Source of the DNA: a virus
Reading direction: 5' to 3' (one strand)
Length of the DNA: 42,474 bases
IMG/VR virus record: IMGVR_UViG_3300030943_000055
This document shows positions 9,669 through 19,168 of this stretch, one piece after another. Position 1 is the stretch's first letter. Each line of letters begins with the position of its first letter. The notes beneath the pieces were generated by a model. It was not told the origin of the DNA. It was given only the letters and a program-made list of their open reading frames with translations, and ran no database searches. The position numbers and the translations under genes were made by a program.

Positions 9669-12600
9669 ATGGCTAGTAAAGATACAGGATACGGTTGGTT
9701 AACTGGTAGTGCTGCCCCACAATCTGGTGGATACACTAGCCGTTGGGCTAAGTACGCACAAGACCAAGCCAAGGCACAAGCTGAAGCAGATTTTAATGCA
9801 CAGCAAACACAACAGGCTGAACAAACAAAACAAGACAACAAAAACATCTTCCAAAAGAGTGCTGATATTGTAGGTAGTGTAGCAAGTTCTGTCGCTGACT
9901 TATGGAATCATGGTGTTGGTGATGTAGGACGTGTCATACAAGGTTCATTCGCTGCTAACGACAACTTAAAAGCAACCGAAGATTACCGCAAAAAACAAAA
10001 AGAAATTAGCGATAAGTTATATGCCCTCACAGGTGATAAAACTGACCAGGCTACATGGGATAATCCACAGGTAAAAGACCTACAGAATCAACTTAATAAG
10101 TTGGCAATCGAAAATGGTCAAGGTGGTGGTCTTACCGATGCACAGCGACAAGCTGCTGGTGCTGACCAAAATAAAGCTAATGCTGCTACTGCAAAGACTG
10201 ACGCAAATAATAAGACTATTGCTGAATCTCAAGCAGTTGATGCCAAGAAAGCTGCACTTAATACTGCTAGTAACTTCCTAGATGTTGCTACATTAGGTGT
10301 AGGTGGACTTGTTAAAACTGGTGGTAAAGCTGCCATTGAAGCAGGTGTTAGTGCTGCTGCCAAAGCTGGTAGTAAAACCGCTGCAGAACGTATTGCTGCT
10401 AAAGCAACTACTGAAGCTGTAGCTGGTGCTGTCGCTAAAAAGAGTGCTGCTGATTTAAGTAGGACTGTAGTTGGCTCTGCTGCTGAAGGTGCTATTATCA
10501 ATGGTACTTACGGTGGTATACAAGCTGCTGCTAATGGACAAGATGTCGGTACTGGTATTACTCAAGGTGCTGCCGTTGGTGCTGGACTAGGAATAGTTGG
10601 AAACTTAGGTGGAAAACTAATCCGTAAAGCTCTAGGCAAAGATGGTAAACCTGTTGATGCTGCAGTAAATGCTGTAGATAATACAACACCTAGTGCTCCA
10701 ATAGACCCTAATGCTCCTCCAGCTGGACAGAAATTACTCGGTGATGGACAACCTTCTAGCAAGGATATTGCTGCACAGATTCAAGACTTACAGAACGGCA
10801 ACTATTCTCCTGACTTGATGAACACTGTAGACAGTAAACCTGCTGCTATAAAAGACCCTAATTTTGCTAAAGACCAAACTGCTCTATCTACTAGTTATGA
10901 TGCTGAATTAAAGGCACTTGACAAGAATACTGCACTTGATACTACTGCTAAAGCCGATGCTGCTAATAAGATAAATAATAAGTATGAACAGTTAAACGCA
11001 CAACTAGAACAGAAATATACTCCTGCATCTGATGCAGCTGGTGTTAATACTGGTACTGGTTCAAGCACGACTGTAAATGCTGATGCTGTTAAGGCTAAGT
11101 TTACTGAACTCCAGACACAATATAAAGATGCACTCGCAAGAGAAGCAAATGTTGCTCAATCTGCTGCTAACGAACGACTCTCTGCTGCCCCAAAGGTAGC
11201 TGACGTACAACAGGCTGCTGCTGATTATGCTGCTGGTAAGAAACCAGATACGCTTTATACTCCAGACCAACGACCTGCAGACATCTTAGACGTTGTTAAT
11301 AACCCTAAGTTGCCTCAACAAGTCCGTGATTCTGCTAACCAAGTATTACAGCAAGCTAATGATGCTCGATTGAATGCTCCTAACTTTATGGACACTGCTA
11401 CTTATGAGAAATCTAAGCTAGGCTTTGTTGATAGTTATAATGCTGATATTAAGAACCTGAACAGTATGCCAGATTCTCCTTACAAACAGCAAAAAATTGA
11501 CGAACTTACTGCAACCTTAGACCAAAATATGCAAAATCTTGATGGTATGTATAACGATACTGCTGCTGCTCGTCAACATGACCAACAGATAAACGACTTC
11601 GTTAACCAGAAAGAAAGCCAGATTGTCATGGATGCGAATAGAATGATGGATTCAAACCCTAATATCTATCGTACACTTGACCCAGGTGCTGATACTGCAT
11701 ACCAAGCTGAGTTACATACTAAAATGTATGAAGCTAAAACTGCAGAGTTTATGCAACCTACGAAAGTCCCAGATTCAGTTACTGCTACAGATGAACTTGT
11801 TCATGCTGCAGATACATCGCAGAATCCACAAGAGTTTGTTGATAAGCTAAATACAGACCCAGTTGCTCAAAAGGCTTCTGATACTGTTGCTGCTAACGCT
11901 GATACAGCTACTGTTGCAATGAAGCAAAACCCTATGTCTACTAGCATTGTCGGACGTGTACTTGGTATACCTCGTGATGTTATTAAAAGCTGGGGTGAGG
12001 CTGGACAACAGTTTGCAGACAAACTTGACAACGCAATGTTTGACTATACTTCACATCGTGGTACTCAGATTCTACGTGTTCGCCAATGGGATGAACTACT
12101 TGGTAAATCTGACAAGTCTCGAGAAGCTGTATTCAACGCACTAGACAATGGTAACATTGATAAACTAAGTGCCAATGAACTTACTGTTTACAAAGATGCT
12201 CGTGAATACTTTACTGAGATGGCTGATAAATTAGGAATTGACCCAGAAGGTCGAATCACTGATTATGTTCCTCACCTTATTAAAAGTCAGACTGGTAAAG
12301 AGGCAACTGCCCTAGACCAGACAATCCAAATGCTTAAGTATGGTAAAGATGCAAAGGGTAATCCTTTGACTTCTACGGTACGAAGGAACTTAAGTGCTCA
12401 GTTGAGTGGGCTAGACCCAGCAACAATGCGTTACTTAGACCTTAATACCTCTTATCAGTTTAAGAACGGATTCCTTGAACACCGTACTGGTGACACTGGC
12501 TTCCAGAAGAATCTTCTGTCCGTTGTCAACCTATATGATACACTTGGTGCTCGTAAAGTCTACCTTGAGCCAGCTATGCAAGATATTGCAAAAACTGTTT

Positions 12601-14153
12601 CAGACAAGGCTAACGGATTCTCTGCTTCACAGCAACGATATGTTACTGACCTGTTCAACAACCTTCGTGGTACAAACAAATCAGAACTACAAACTGCACT
12701 AGATGGGGTAATCCAAAAGGTTATTCCTATACCTGATGCAAGTGGTAGATTGATTCGTGGATTCAGACGACTCACAAACGCAGGTTTGATGGGTGGTTCT
12801 GTATCAACTGCGTTGAAGAACACTCAGGCATTCGTAAACATTGCTGCAAAGATTCCACCACAAGACTTACCACACGCTATTATGGCTGCAGGTAAATCGC
12901 TTCGTGCAGACAGTTCTGAATGGCGTGAGCTATACCAGGCTGGTGTTATGGATGCTTCGTTCTCGAACTTCATCCGTGATATTTCTCACCAAGGTGGCGG
13001 TAAAGTAACCCAAGCTATCGACAAAGCTGAAGTTCCATTGTGGACTATGATGCGAAATGTTGACCAACTTGGACGTGCTACTGCTTACTTCGCCAAGAGG
13101 GATTCATTCCTTAGAGGTGTAGGTAAGACATTAGACAATGCTTCACCTGAAGAATTACGTGGTGCAATGAAGGCTGGTCGCACTGGTGCTCGAGATACTT
13201 CTTTCGAGTTTACACCATTAGACGTTCCAGTTGCACTTGATGGAGACATGGGTAAACTAGCTCTCCAGATGCAGTCATGGAACTTGCAACAAGCTAACTT
13301 CGTTAAGAACCTATTTCATGGACATGAAGATTCACTGATTAGTAACGGTAAGATAAATGCTAAGGGTGTATACAGCCTTCTAGGATTTGCTGCTGGTACT
13401 GCAGGATTCTACTACTCTGTTGGTTCTGCCGTTGGTATGAAACCTGAAGAATTGATTCCATTTGGAACTGATATTACTCAAGGTCAAATGCCACAGTCTC
13501 CTATTTTCAACTTACTTGGTGTAGGTGGTGATGCACAAAATCCTGGTTTATATCAGGTAGCAACAGCCTCTAACGACCAACGTGGTGCTATCGCATCTAA
13601 GGTTGGAAGTAAGTTCTTGACTAACTTGATTCCTGGTAGTGCTCAGGCACAACGAACCATTAAGGGAATAGATTCTACCACTAGTGGTGTGTCTAAGAAT
13701 AAGAATGGTCAAATCCAGTTCCTACAGAACACTGATGCTACTAGTCAATTACAGGCTGCAGTATTCGGTAAGTACAGTACGCAAGCTGGACACGAGTGGG
13801 TAACAAACGGTTTCCCAACTCTGTCTGATACACAGACAAAAACAGTTGACGGACTTGGCTCGCAAGATGCTAAGAAGAAAACTGCAGAGTTCTTTATTGC
13901 TCTAAACCAAACTGGTGGACGACAGGATACTCTTACTAATGTAAAGGCTGCTATAGATGCAGGTGATACAAATAAGGCAATTCGATTAGCTAATGAGTAC
14001 AACTCAAAAGTGAAAGATAGCCTGAAGAAATACTACGCAGATTATCAAGATATTCCTGCTGTAGTAGGTTATGACCAAAGTGGAAACGAATTAAGTGGAA
14101 GCTCTTATCTAACCGACAAACTGATAAACGTAAGTAAATATGAGAATAAGTAA
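9669..14153 (+). CDS. large internal virion / DNA-ejection protein (1494 aa)
   Basis: Largest ORF, at the position and size of T7 gp16-like ejectosome proteins. The N-terminal third has Gly/Ala-zipper hydrophobic segments (GAAVGAGLGIVGNLGG). Confidence 0.5.
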   Translation: MASKDTGYGWLTGSAAPQSGGYTSRWAKYAQDQAKAQAEADFNAQQTQQAEQTKQDNKNIFQKSADIVGSVASSVADLWNHGVGDVGRVIQGSFAANDNLKATEDYRKKQKEISDKLYALTGDKTDQATWDNPQVKDLQNQLNKLAIENGQGGGLTDAQRQAAGADQNKANAATAKTDANNKTIAESQAVDAKKAALNTASNFLDVATLGVGGLVKTGGKAAIEAGVSAAAKAGSKTAAERIAAKATTEAVAGAVAKKSAADLSRTVVGSAAEGAIINGTYGGIQAAANGQDVGTGITQGAAVGAGLGIVGNLGGKLIRKALGKDGKPVDAAVNAVDNTTPSAPIDPNAPPAGQKLLGDGQPSSKDIAAQIQDLQNGNYSPDLMNTVDSKPAAIKDPNFAKDQTALSTSYDAELKALDKNTALDTTAKADAANKINNKYEQLNAQLEQKYTPASDAAGVNTGTGSSTTVNADAVKAKFTELQTQYKDALAREANVAQSAANERLSAAPKVADVQQAAADYAAGKKPDTLYTPDQRPADILDVVNNPKLPQQVRDSANQVLQQANDARLNAPNFMDTATYEKSKLGFVDSYNADIKNLNSMPDSPYKQQKIDELTATLDQNMQNLDGMYNDTAAARQHDQQINDFVNQKESQIVMDANRMMDSNPNIYRTLDPGADTAYQAELHTKMYEAKTAEFMQPTKVPDSVTATDELVHAADTSQNPQEFVDKLNTDPVAQKASDTVAANADTATVAMKQNPMSTSIVGRVLGIPRDVIKSWGEAGQQFADKLDNAMFDYTSHRGTQILRVRQWDELLGKSDKSREAVFNALDNGNIDKLSANELTVYKDAREYFTEMADKLGIDPEGRITDYVPHLIKSQTGKEATALDQTIQMLKYGKDAKGNPLTSTVRRNLSAQLSGLDPATMRYLDLNTSYQFKNGFLEHRTGDTGFQKNLLSVVNLYDTLGARKVYLEPAMQDIAKTVSDKANGFSASQQRYVTDLFNNLRGTNKSELQTALDGVIQKVIPIPDASGRLIRGFRRLTNAGLMGGSVSTALKNTQAFVNIAAKIPPQDLPHAIMAAGKSLRADSSEWRELYQAGVMDASFSNFIRDISHQGGGKVTQAIDKAEVPLWTMMRNVDQLGRATAYFAKRDSFLRGVGKTLDNASPEELRGAMKAGRTGARDTSFEFTPLDVPVALDGDMGKLALQMQSWNLQQANFVKNLFHGHEDSLISNGKINAKGVYSLLGFAAGTAGFYYSVGSAVGMKPEELIPFGTDITQGQMPQSPIFNLLGVGGDAQNPGLYQVATASNDQRGAIASKVGSKFLTNLIPGSAQAQRTIKGIDSTTSGVSKNKNGQIQFLQNTDATSQLQAAVFGKYSTQAGHEWVTNGFPTLSDTQTKTVDGLGSQDAKKKTAEFFIALNQTGGRQDTLTNVKAAIDAGDTNKAIRLANEYNSKVKDSLKKYYADYQDIPAVVGYDQSGNELSGSSYLTDKLINVSKYENK

Positions 14154-14524
14154 TGTCTAAAACAAATAGTCAACAACCACAAACAGTTAATATTAACCCA
14201 CTAAACGGTAGTACAGAGGACAGTCAACCTGTTCTCGCCTACAGGGTGGGTGAATTAGAAAAAGCAAGCCGTGAGGGATTCAAGTCTCTCAGTGATAAGT
14301 TAGAAAACCTATCTACACACTTCGCTACCCACAAGGATATTGAAGTTGCTAAAGACCAGGCTCAAGCTGAACACAAGGCTATATATGAAGAAATCGAAGA
14401 TGTGAAGGAAGATGTCCAGAAGCTCCAAAAGAAAACCTGGGTACAGAATACATTATCTGCAATATTTGGTGCTATACTAGCCCTACTTACTGCGTATGCT
14501 TTCAACAACATATTGATTCACTAA
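14153..14524 (+). CDS. coiled-coil protein with a C-terminal transmembrane anchor
   Basis: Start is coupled to the previous stop (TAATG). C-terminus TWVQNTLSAIFGAILALLTAYAFNNILIH. Sits at the head of the lysis cassette. Confidence 0.5.
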   Translation: MSKTNSQQPQTVNINPLNGSTEDSQPVLAYRVGELEKASREGFKSLSDKLENLSTHFATHKDIEVAKDQAQAEHKAIYEEIEDVKEDVQKLQKKTWVQNTLSAIFGAILALLTAYAFNNILIH

Positions 14525-14543
14525 TAAAAGGAGAATAAGAAAG

Positions 14544-14678
14544 ATGAACGATTTACTACTCTACTGGTTTTTGTATGTAAGCACAGGTGCGATGATTGGT
14601 ACATTCCTCGGAACACTACTCGCATTTGGGTTTGCTGCATTGACTAAGAAACTAATCAAATGGTATAGGAGCTTATAA
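14544..14678 (+). CDS. 44-aa single-pass membrane protein (holin/antiholin-like)
   Basis: Below the ORF-track cutoff. RBS AAAGGAGA lies 9 nt upstream. Sequence MNDLLLYWFLYVSTGAMIGTFLGTLLAFGFAALTKKLIKWYRSL. Its stop overlaps the endolysin ATG (TAATG). Confidence 0.55.
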   Translation: MNDLLLYWFLYVSTGAMIGTFLGTLLAFGFAALTKKLIKWYRSL

Positions 14679-15751
14679 TGCTTAAAGGCATAGATATAAG
14701 CAAGTGGCAAAATACATCTGCCGTAGACCTCGGGCAAGACTTCGTAATAGTCAAAGCTACTGAGGGTGTCGGATATGTAGACCCTACTTGTGATACTAAA
14801 TACCAATACGCAAAATCAAAAGGCAAACTCCTGGGCATATACGACTTCGCTCGTCCTGACCTGGGTGGTGCTATCGCTGAAGCTGACTTCTTTGTAGATA
14901 ATACTGCAGGATATTGGCAAGCAAAAGAAGCTATTCTAGTACTTGACTGGGAAGCTGGTAACTTAGCTGACGTAAGCTGGGCTATCACTTGGCTACGAAG
15001 GGTTCGTGACCGCACTGGTGTGAAGCCACTTATCTATATGAGTGCATCTACACTTAGCCGTGCAAACTGGCAACCAGTAGTAAACGAAGATTTCGGTCTT
15101 TGGATTGCTGGATACCCTAACCGATACAATGTAACTAACCCACCTACTCCAGCTGAAGGCGAAATGCCTTACGATACGAGTCCTTGGGGATTCGCTGCAC
15201 TATGGCAATATACTAGTTCTGCTGGTACACTTGACCGTAACGTAGCTTACATGAGTCGTGAAGCATGGGGACGCTATGCTGGTGGTGGAACTCCCCCAGT
15301 ACAACCTCCTGCTCCTGTTATAACTACTAAGGATGAACAGACAGTTGATGTCTTGCCATTCACGGTGGTTCGTAACCCTGAATCAGACAAGCCTGTAGGA
15401 TGGGAACAGCAAGTACAATCTGGTACTGAAGGCTCTCACACTGTTATTACTCGTATTACATATACGGATGGCAATGAAACAGGACGTGAAGTTATCAGTG
15501 ATATAACTGTACAACCAGTAGATGAAGTGATTTACTTCGGAACACAGGAAGTCCCAACGACTGTTGAACCGCCTGTAACTGAACCTGAAGTTCCTACTGA
15601 AAATAATCCAAAACTTTCACAACCTACCAATGACACACTTATTGCTTTTAAAGCGTTTATTTTAACTCAAGTTACTAAACTTTGGGCTAATAAAGATAAA
15701 ATAATCGCATGGGTGAAGTCACTAATTAGTAAAATAACCAGAAAGAAATAA
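14678..15751 (+). CDS. endolysin: GH25 muramidase + G5-like domain + cationic amphipathic C-terminal helix
   Basis: GIDISKWQ...FVIVKATEG...GIYDFARP is the GH25 signature. VLPFTVVRNPESDKPVGWEQQVQSGTEGSHTVITRITYTDGNETGREV...VIYFGT is G5-like. The C-terminus reads FILTQVTKLWANKDKIIAWVKSLISKITRKK. Confidence 0.85.
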   Translation: MLKGIDISKWQNTSAVDLGQDFVIVKATEGVGYVDPTCDTKYQYAKSKGKLLGIYDFARPDLGGAIAEADFFVDNTAGYWQAKEAILVLDWEAGNLADVSWAITWLRRVRDRTGVKPLIYMSASTLSRANWQPVVNEDFGLWIAGYPNRYNVTNPPTPAEGEMPYDTSPWGFAALWQYTSSAGTLDRNVAYMSREAWGRYAGGGTPPVQPPAPVITTKDEQTVDVLPFTVVRNPESDKPVGWEQQVQSGTEGSHTVITRITYTDGNETGREVISDITVQPVDEVIYFGTQEVPTTVEPPVTEPEVPTENNPKLSQPTNDTLIAFKAFILTQVTKLWANKDKIIAWVKSLISKITRKK

Positions 15752-15752
15752 T

Positions 15753-16022
15753 ATGGAACTATTTACACAAGCAACAGCCCTCTCCGCAGGTGCTGTATTG
15801 CTCCTAACTGAACTCTTGAAGTTAATCCCTATAACGTTTACTAGCAAGTATCCTGCATGGGTTAACGGCATACTATCAGTTATCGCAGCCGTACTAGTTG
15901 TCGCTCCAACATTCACATTTGTGAGTGTTGCACAGACAGCAGGTACAGCTCTCCTCATCGCTGTTATCGCAGCAATTAGCTACAATCAGTTTACAAGTAA
16001 GCTGAAGGGTAGCTCGGTTTAA
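15753..16022 (+). CDS. holin (89 aa, multi-pass)
   Basis: Two or three hydrophobic helices and a charged C-terminus. Lies directly after the endolysin and is the last gene before the terminator. Confidence 0.6.
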   Translation: MELFTQATALSAGAVLLLTELLKLIPITFTSKYPAWVNGILSVIAAVLVVAPTFTFVSVAQTAGTALLIAVIAAISYNQFTSKLKGSSV

Positions 16023-16033
16023 TTTAAACCAAA

Positions 16034-16067
16034 TAAAAAAGACCTCCAATTAAGGGGTCTTTTTTTA
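16034..16067. terminator. bidirectional rho-independent terminator between the convergent blocks
   Basis: GACCTC (16041-16046) pairs with GGGGTC (16054-16059). An A-run precedes it and T7 follows it. Confidence 0.8.
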
Positions 16068-16071
16068 TTGC

Positions 16072-16662
16072 CTAAAAACTTACTTCTAGTTCATTACCGT
16101 AGTCTGGTTGCACCATTATGCAACAGCCAAACATTTCGCCAACGTATGCTCTGGGGTCTTCAGTATAGCTTCCCCGAATAGCATCTCTCGCATTCTCTCT
16201 ATATCCCATGTAGTATCCAAGGTCGGCACCTCTTTTAAGCTCATTCCAAAATCCTGGACTAAGCCGTATGACTCGATTGGTTCTTGGAAGGTTCTCCATG
16301 TCGAAGACATGAATTGCATCACGGATTCCTCGAGTGCTGATACGCTCAAAGGGCGTACTAACGATGCATCTGCGATTGTAACTATCGACCCTGGTGTTGA
16401 TACGAGGTCTTCCAGATTGAAATCCCCCGATATTTACCACATAGGTGATGTCTGATAGCGAAGAGAATCCAGCATTAAGTTGTTCAAGTTCTGGTACATA
16501 TTCTCGAAAGTAGGCAGAGTTTTGACGCTCTACTACCTTCTCGACTGTATTATCAGAACCGAACTTCTTAATTAGTAATTCATCAGCAATTTTTCTTAGG
16601 TCTTTAGGAAGACTATTTATCTTCCTTGTTTGCAAGACTGGACTTAATTGCTTTTGAGCCAT
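16072..16662 (-). CDS. hypothetical protein (196 aa), last gene of the leftward block
   Basis: Long ORF whose start overlaps the upstream gene by 50 nt. No motif I can assign. Confidence 0.6.
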   Translation of the reverse strand: MAQKQLSPVLQTRKINSLPKDLRKIADELLIKKFGSDNTVEKVVERQNSAYFREYVPELEQLNAGFSSLSDITYVVNIGGFQSGRPRINTRVDSYNRRCIVSTPFERISTRGIRDAIHVFDMENLPRTNRVIRLSPGFWNELKRGADLGYYMGYRENARDAIRGSYTEDPRAYVGEMFGCCIMVQPDYGNELEVSF

Positions 16663-17203
16663 CTAATACCGCCTTTACAGTTTCAGGTTGAGTGTGTGAA
16701 GCTGCAGATACCATTGCGACATCCATAGCGTTCTGACGGTCAACTTGAGTGATTTCACCAATCTTTCGTACACCATCAGCGATACCATCTGCGTAACCTG
16801 ATTTGTACTGCTTGTCTTCTTCACTTACTTCTGAATTGCTAACTGCATCTTCTCGAGTCTGTACTTTGGTTTCACGCTTTGCAACTAACTCTTCACGAGC
16901 CTTAAGGTCTGCAGCAATGTTTTCGTTAGCCAATCGCTTAGTAACAACATCACGAGCATCACTCTTTTGCTTAGTAAGAACTTCAATCTCTACATCTTTA
17001 GCAGCGATTTCACGAGCTTGCTTTTTAATCTTAGTAGATTGCTCATTAGTTTTGATTTGCAATTCTTCTACTGCATATTCTTGTTCACGTTCTGCTTCTT
17101 CGTAACCCTTGTTGTAGGCTTCGTCAATAGCGTCTTGTTTAACTTCCTCAGCCGTAGCTAGAAGTTTCTTTAGTTCACTTGCTTTTACTAATTTGTACTT
17201 CAT
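16613..17203 (-). CDS. coiled-coil protein (E/K-rich)
   Basis: 196-aa ORF with heptad-like charged sequence. Confidence 0.6.
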   Translation of the reverse strand: MKYKLVKASELKKLLATAEEVKQDAIDEAYNKGYEEAEREQEYAVEELQIKTNEQSTKIKKQAREIAAKDVEIEVLTKQKSDARDVVTKRLANENIAADLKAREELVAKRETKVQTREDAVSNSEVSEEDKQYKSGYADGIADGVRKIGEITQVDRQNAMDVAMVSAASHTQPETVKAVLDGSKAIKSSLANKEDK

Positions 17204-17207
17204 ATAT

Positions 17208-17498
17208 CTATCCGTAATATTCCCTTAATAATCGTTTACTTATATCGTGACTAACACGTTTACCTGTTCCCATTGGGTCGTAGGCTATTACTATGTTCTT
17301 GTATGCTATGCTCTTGATTCCGATTGGAGTATGAAACCTACCATATCGACCAGTTGCACTACTCCCTGGAGTACCCCCAGCGTATACACAGATGATTGCA
17401 CCTGCTTTGCTTCCCCAGACACACACATCTCCTGGGTGAATTACTGCTCCATACTTATCTCTTTTATTGAGTGAATACAATAGTCGGTTCTTTTCCAT
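17208..17498 (-). CDS. hypothetical protein (96 aa)
   Basis: ORF with RBS GAAGGAAA, tightly packed next to the Pnkp gene. Confidence 0.6.
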   Translation of the reverse strand: MEKNRLLYSLNKRDKYGAVIHPGDVCVWGSKAGAIICVYAGGTPGSSATGRYGRFHTPIGIKSIAYKNIVIAYDPMGTGKRVSHDISKRLLREYYG

Positions 17499-17500
17499 TA

Positions 17501-18415
17501 TTAGAAGTTTCCTTCAGCTACTTGGAAACACTTGAGACCAATTCTCCTCCACATATCTACTACACGGTTTCGGTCATCAAGTACAAACTTAACATTGAAT
17601 CGTGGTTCTACATGTGTGCGGAATAGTCGTTCTTTAACTATTGAATCTTCGAGTTGTTTACCTTTGTCATCAACATCACTGTTGAGTCGAGTGTAAAGCT
17701 CATCATATTCTACGTTGTTTGCTTTCAACCATTCTTCTGTAACTTCTCGGTGGTCTTCGTTACGTCCAGTAAGGATAATAACTTTGTAGCCGTGGTCATA
17801 CATCATAGCGGTGACTACTGATACTGCATCATCTAGTGAATCGTTCATAGCTCGGCTTGCGTCATAAGGACTGCGACCATCTGCGATGTGTGCTAGTGTG
17901 CCATCAATATCAACAATGATAGCTTCTTCTTTATTGTCATCATATGCGATAACTGCAGGCGGCGGTACTAAATACCTATCGTGCATAGCGTAGATTACCT
18001 TATCAGGTACTGGCTTGTCACGTAATTGGTTACGCCTAATGCATTCTTTAACAGATACATCAAAGAACTTCTCTTCGTAAAACGTTTCAAAAACTATTGC
18101 TAGATTCTTGAATGTCTCACTGTGTTTAGGGTCGAGGTTAGTATCATCTACTACCACGTTCTGACCCTGAGTCAATGCTCGGACGATAACATCATCACGG
18201 AGCTTCAGGACAAACTTCTCGTTATCCTTACTAAACTTACTATTGTGTAACATGGCACGTAAGTCATCTTTGTTCACACGAACCCACCCTTTATTCACCA
18301 GCTCCCTAGCGTATGTGGTCTTACCAGAACCTGGCAGACCTTTTAACACTAGTAGTGTAGGATGCATTTGTGCGACTTGTCGTTTAACCTTTTCAGGTTT
18401 GGTCGCTGTGTCCAT
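17501..18415 (-). CDS. polynucleotide 5'-kinase / 3'-phosphatase (T4 Pnkp-like)
   Basis: N-terminal P-loop LKGLPGSGKTTYAREL. C-terminal HAD motif IIVDIDGTLAH. Same domain order and size as T4 Pnkp. Confidence 0.85.
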   Translation of the reverse strand: MDTATKPEKVKRQVAQMHPTLLVLKGLPGSGKTTYARELVNKGWVRVNKDDLRAMLHNSKFSKDNEKFVLKLRDDVIVRALTQGQNVVVDDTNLDPKHSETFKNLAIVFETFYEEKFFDVSVKECIRRNQLRDKPVPDKVIYAMHDRYLVPPPAVIAYDDNKEEAIIVDIDGTLAHIADGRSPYDASRAMNDSLDDAVSVVTAMMYDHGYKVIILTGRNEDHREVTEEWLKANNVEYDELYTRLNSDVDDKGKQLEDSIVKERLFRTHVEPRFNVKFVLDDRNRVVDMWRRIGLKCFQVAEGNF

Positions 18416-18548
18416 CTAATTTCCCTCTTAATTCTTCAAGTTTTCTTTTATTCTCTCCACTATTAAATGGATAGTGAAACCATGCTGCACCTTTACTCGC
18501 AATGCTGTACACAACATTAGGTATTGGAAACTTCTTCTTCCCCTGCAT
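18393..18548 (-). CDS. hypothetical small protein (51 aa; the track ORF extends to 18578)
   Basis: TAGGAG RBS precedes the internal ATG (MQGKKKFPIP...). Confidence 0.45.
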   Translation of the reverse strand: MQGKKKFPIPNVVYSIASKGAAWFHYPFNSGENKRKLEELRGKLDGHSDQT

Positions 18549-18649
18549 GTAAACTCCTATATATAGCTTGCCGAGCAAAGTGGTCTTCTCTTAAATAAGT
18601 TGACCATCTCTACTCAGATTCTACCGTTAATTGTATTACCGTAACACCG

Positions 18650-19168
18650 TTAGTTTCTTGGCGTTGTTCGTACTGCAATTCTGGTTTCTTCGGACGTTCC
18701 ATCTACTGGCAACCCTCGCAATTCAGCAAGTCCTGTGGGTCGATGATACTCGTCAGTTGTTGTATCTTCTTGGAGTCCCCGATGTCCTTCGGGTCGATTT
18801 GGCTCATCACTTGTTCTATCTGCTTCAACATCTGGTCGGTCTGTTCCTGGGTCATATTCTTTTGCCTCGATTAGCTTTTGATTGTTGTAGTCGTTATCGA
18901 GTCTGTCAGCAACTAATGTAGCGTAACCCGCTATGTCCCTCCATGAGTCAGAGTAATGTGGGTCTCCATTGATGATACGTGCCAACTTATTAACAATCAT
19001 ATTGATTGCTTCAAGTTCGTCAACATAAAAATCGAATCGAGTTTTACCTGTGACTTGCATTCCAAACTCAATTACTTGATGTAACCCCTGAGCTATTCCT
19101 GCTTGGTTTATGAATGCACCGTAGCGTGTGCCACGTTCTTTCAATATTTCGTCTATGCTTTGAACCAT
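18650..19168 (-). CDS. helical phage protein (ERGxxYG...DSWRDIAGYATL type) with a disordered acidic/Pro-rich tail
   Basis: AGGAGG RBS. From memory, the N-terminal 100 aa resemble a widespread MazG-like / DUF-type phage domain. The C-terminal 70 aa are low complexity. Confidence 0.5.
   Translation of the reverse strand: MVQSIDEILKERGTRYGAFINQAGIAQGLHQVIEFGMQVTGKTRFDFYVDELEAINMIVNKLARIINGDPHYSDSWRDIAGYATLVADRLDNDYNNQKLIEAKEYDPGTDRPDVEADRTSDEPNRPEGHRGLQEDTTTDEYHRPTGLAELRGLPVDGTSEETRIAVRTTPRN

Noticed and set aside
10229-10762. Antisense ORFs inside the 1494-aa gene, and similar ones at 832-1029, 1307-1537, 6310-6708, 16108-16455, 22811-23188, 26215-26510 and 31965-32369
   Set aside because: They are shadow ORFs of longer, motif-bearing genes on the opposite strand or in another frame. 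Their compositions (A/L/S/P-rich) mirror the sense codon usage.
16072-16662. Possible ADP-ribosyltransferase (R / S-T-x / E-x-E: YFRE, VSTPFE, GNELEV)
   Set aside because: The spacing between the candidate R, STS-like and ExE-like motifs (about 48 and about 90 residues) does not fit the R-S-E ART pattern as I remember it, and the motifs are short enough to arise by chance.
18631-18921. 96-aa plus-strand ORF antisense to the 3' half of 18650-19168
   Set aside because: All neighbours for 19 kb are on the minus strand, and it has no RBS or promoter. The minus-strand ORF has an AGGAGG RBS and a recognisable N-terminal domain. The odd, disordered C-terminal tail of that minus ORF remains unexplained.
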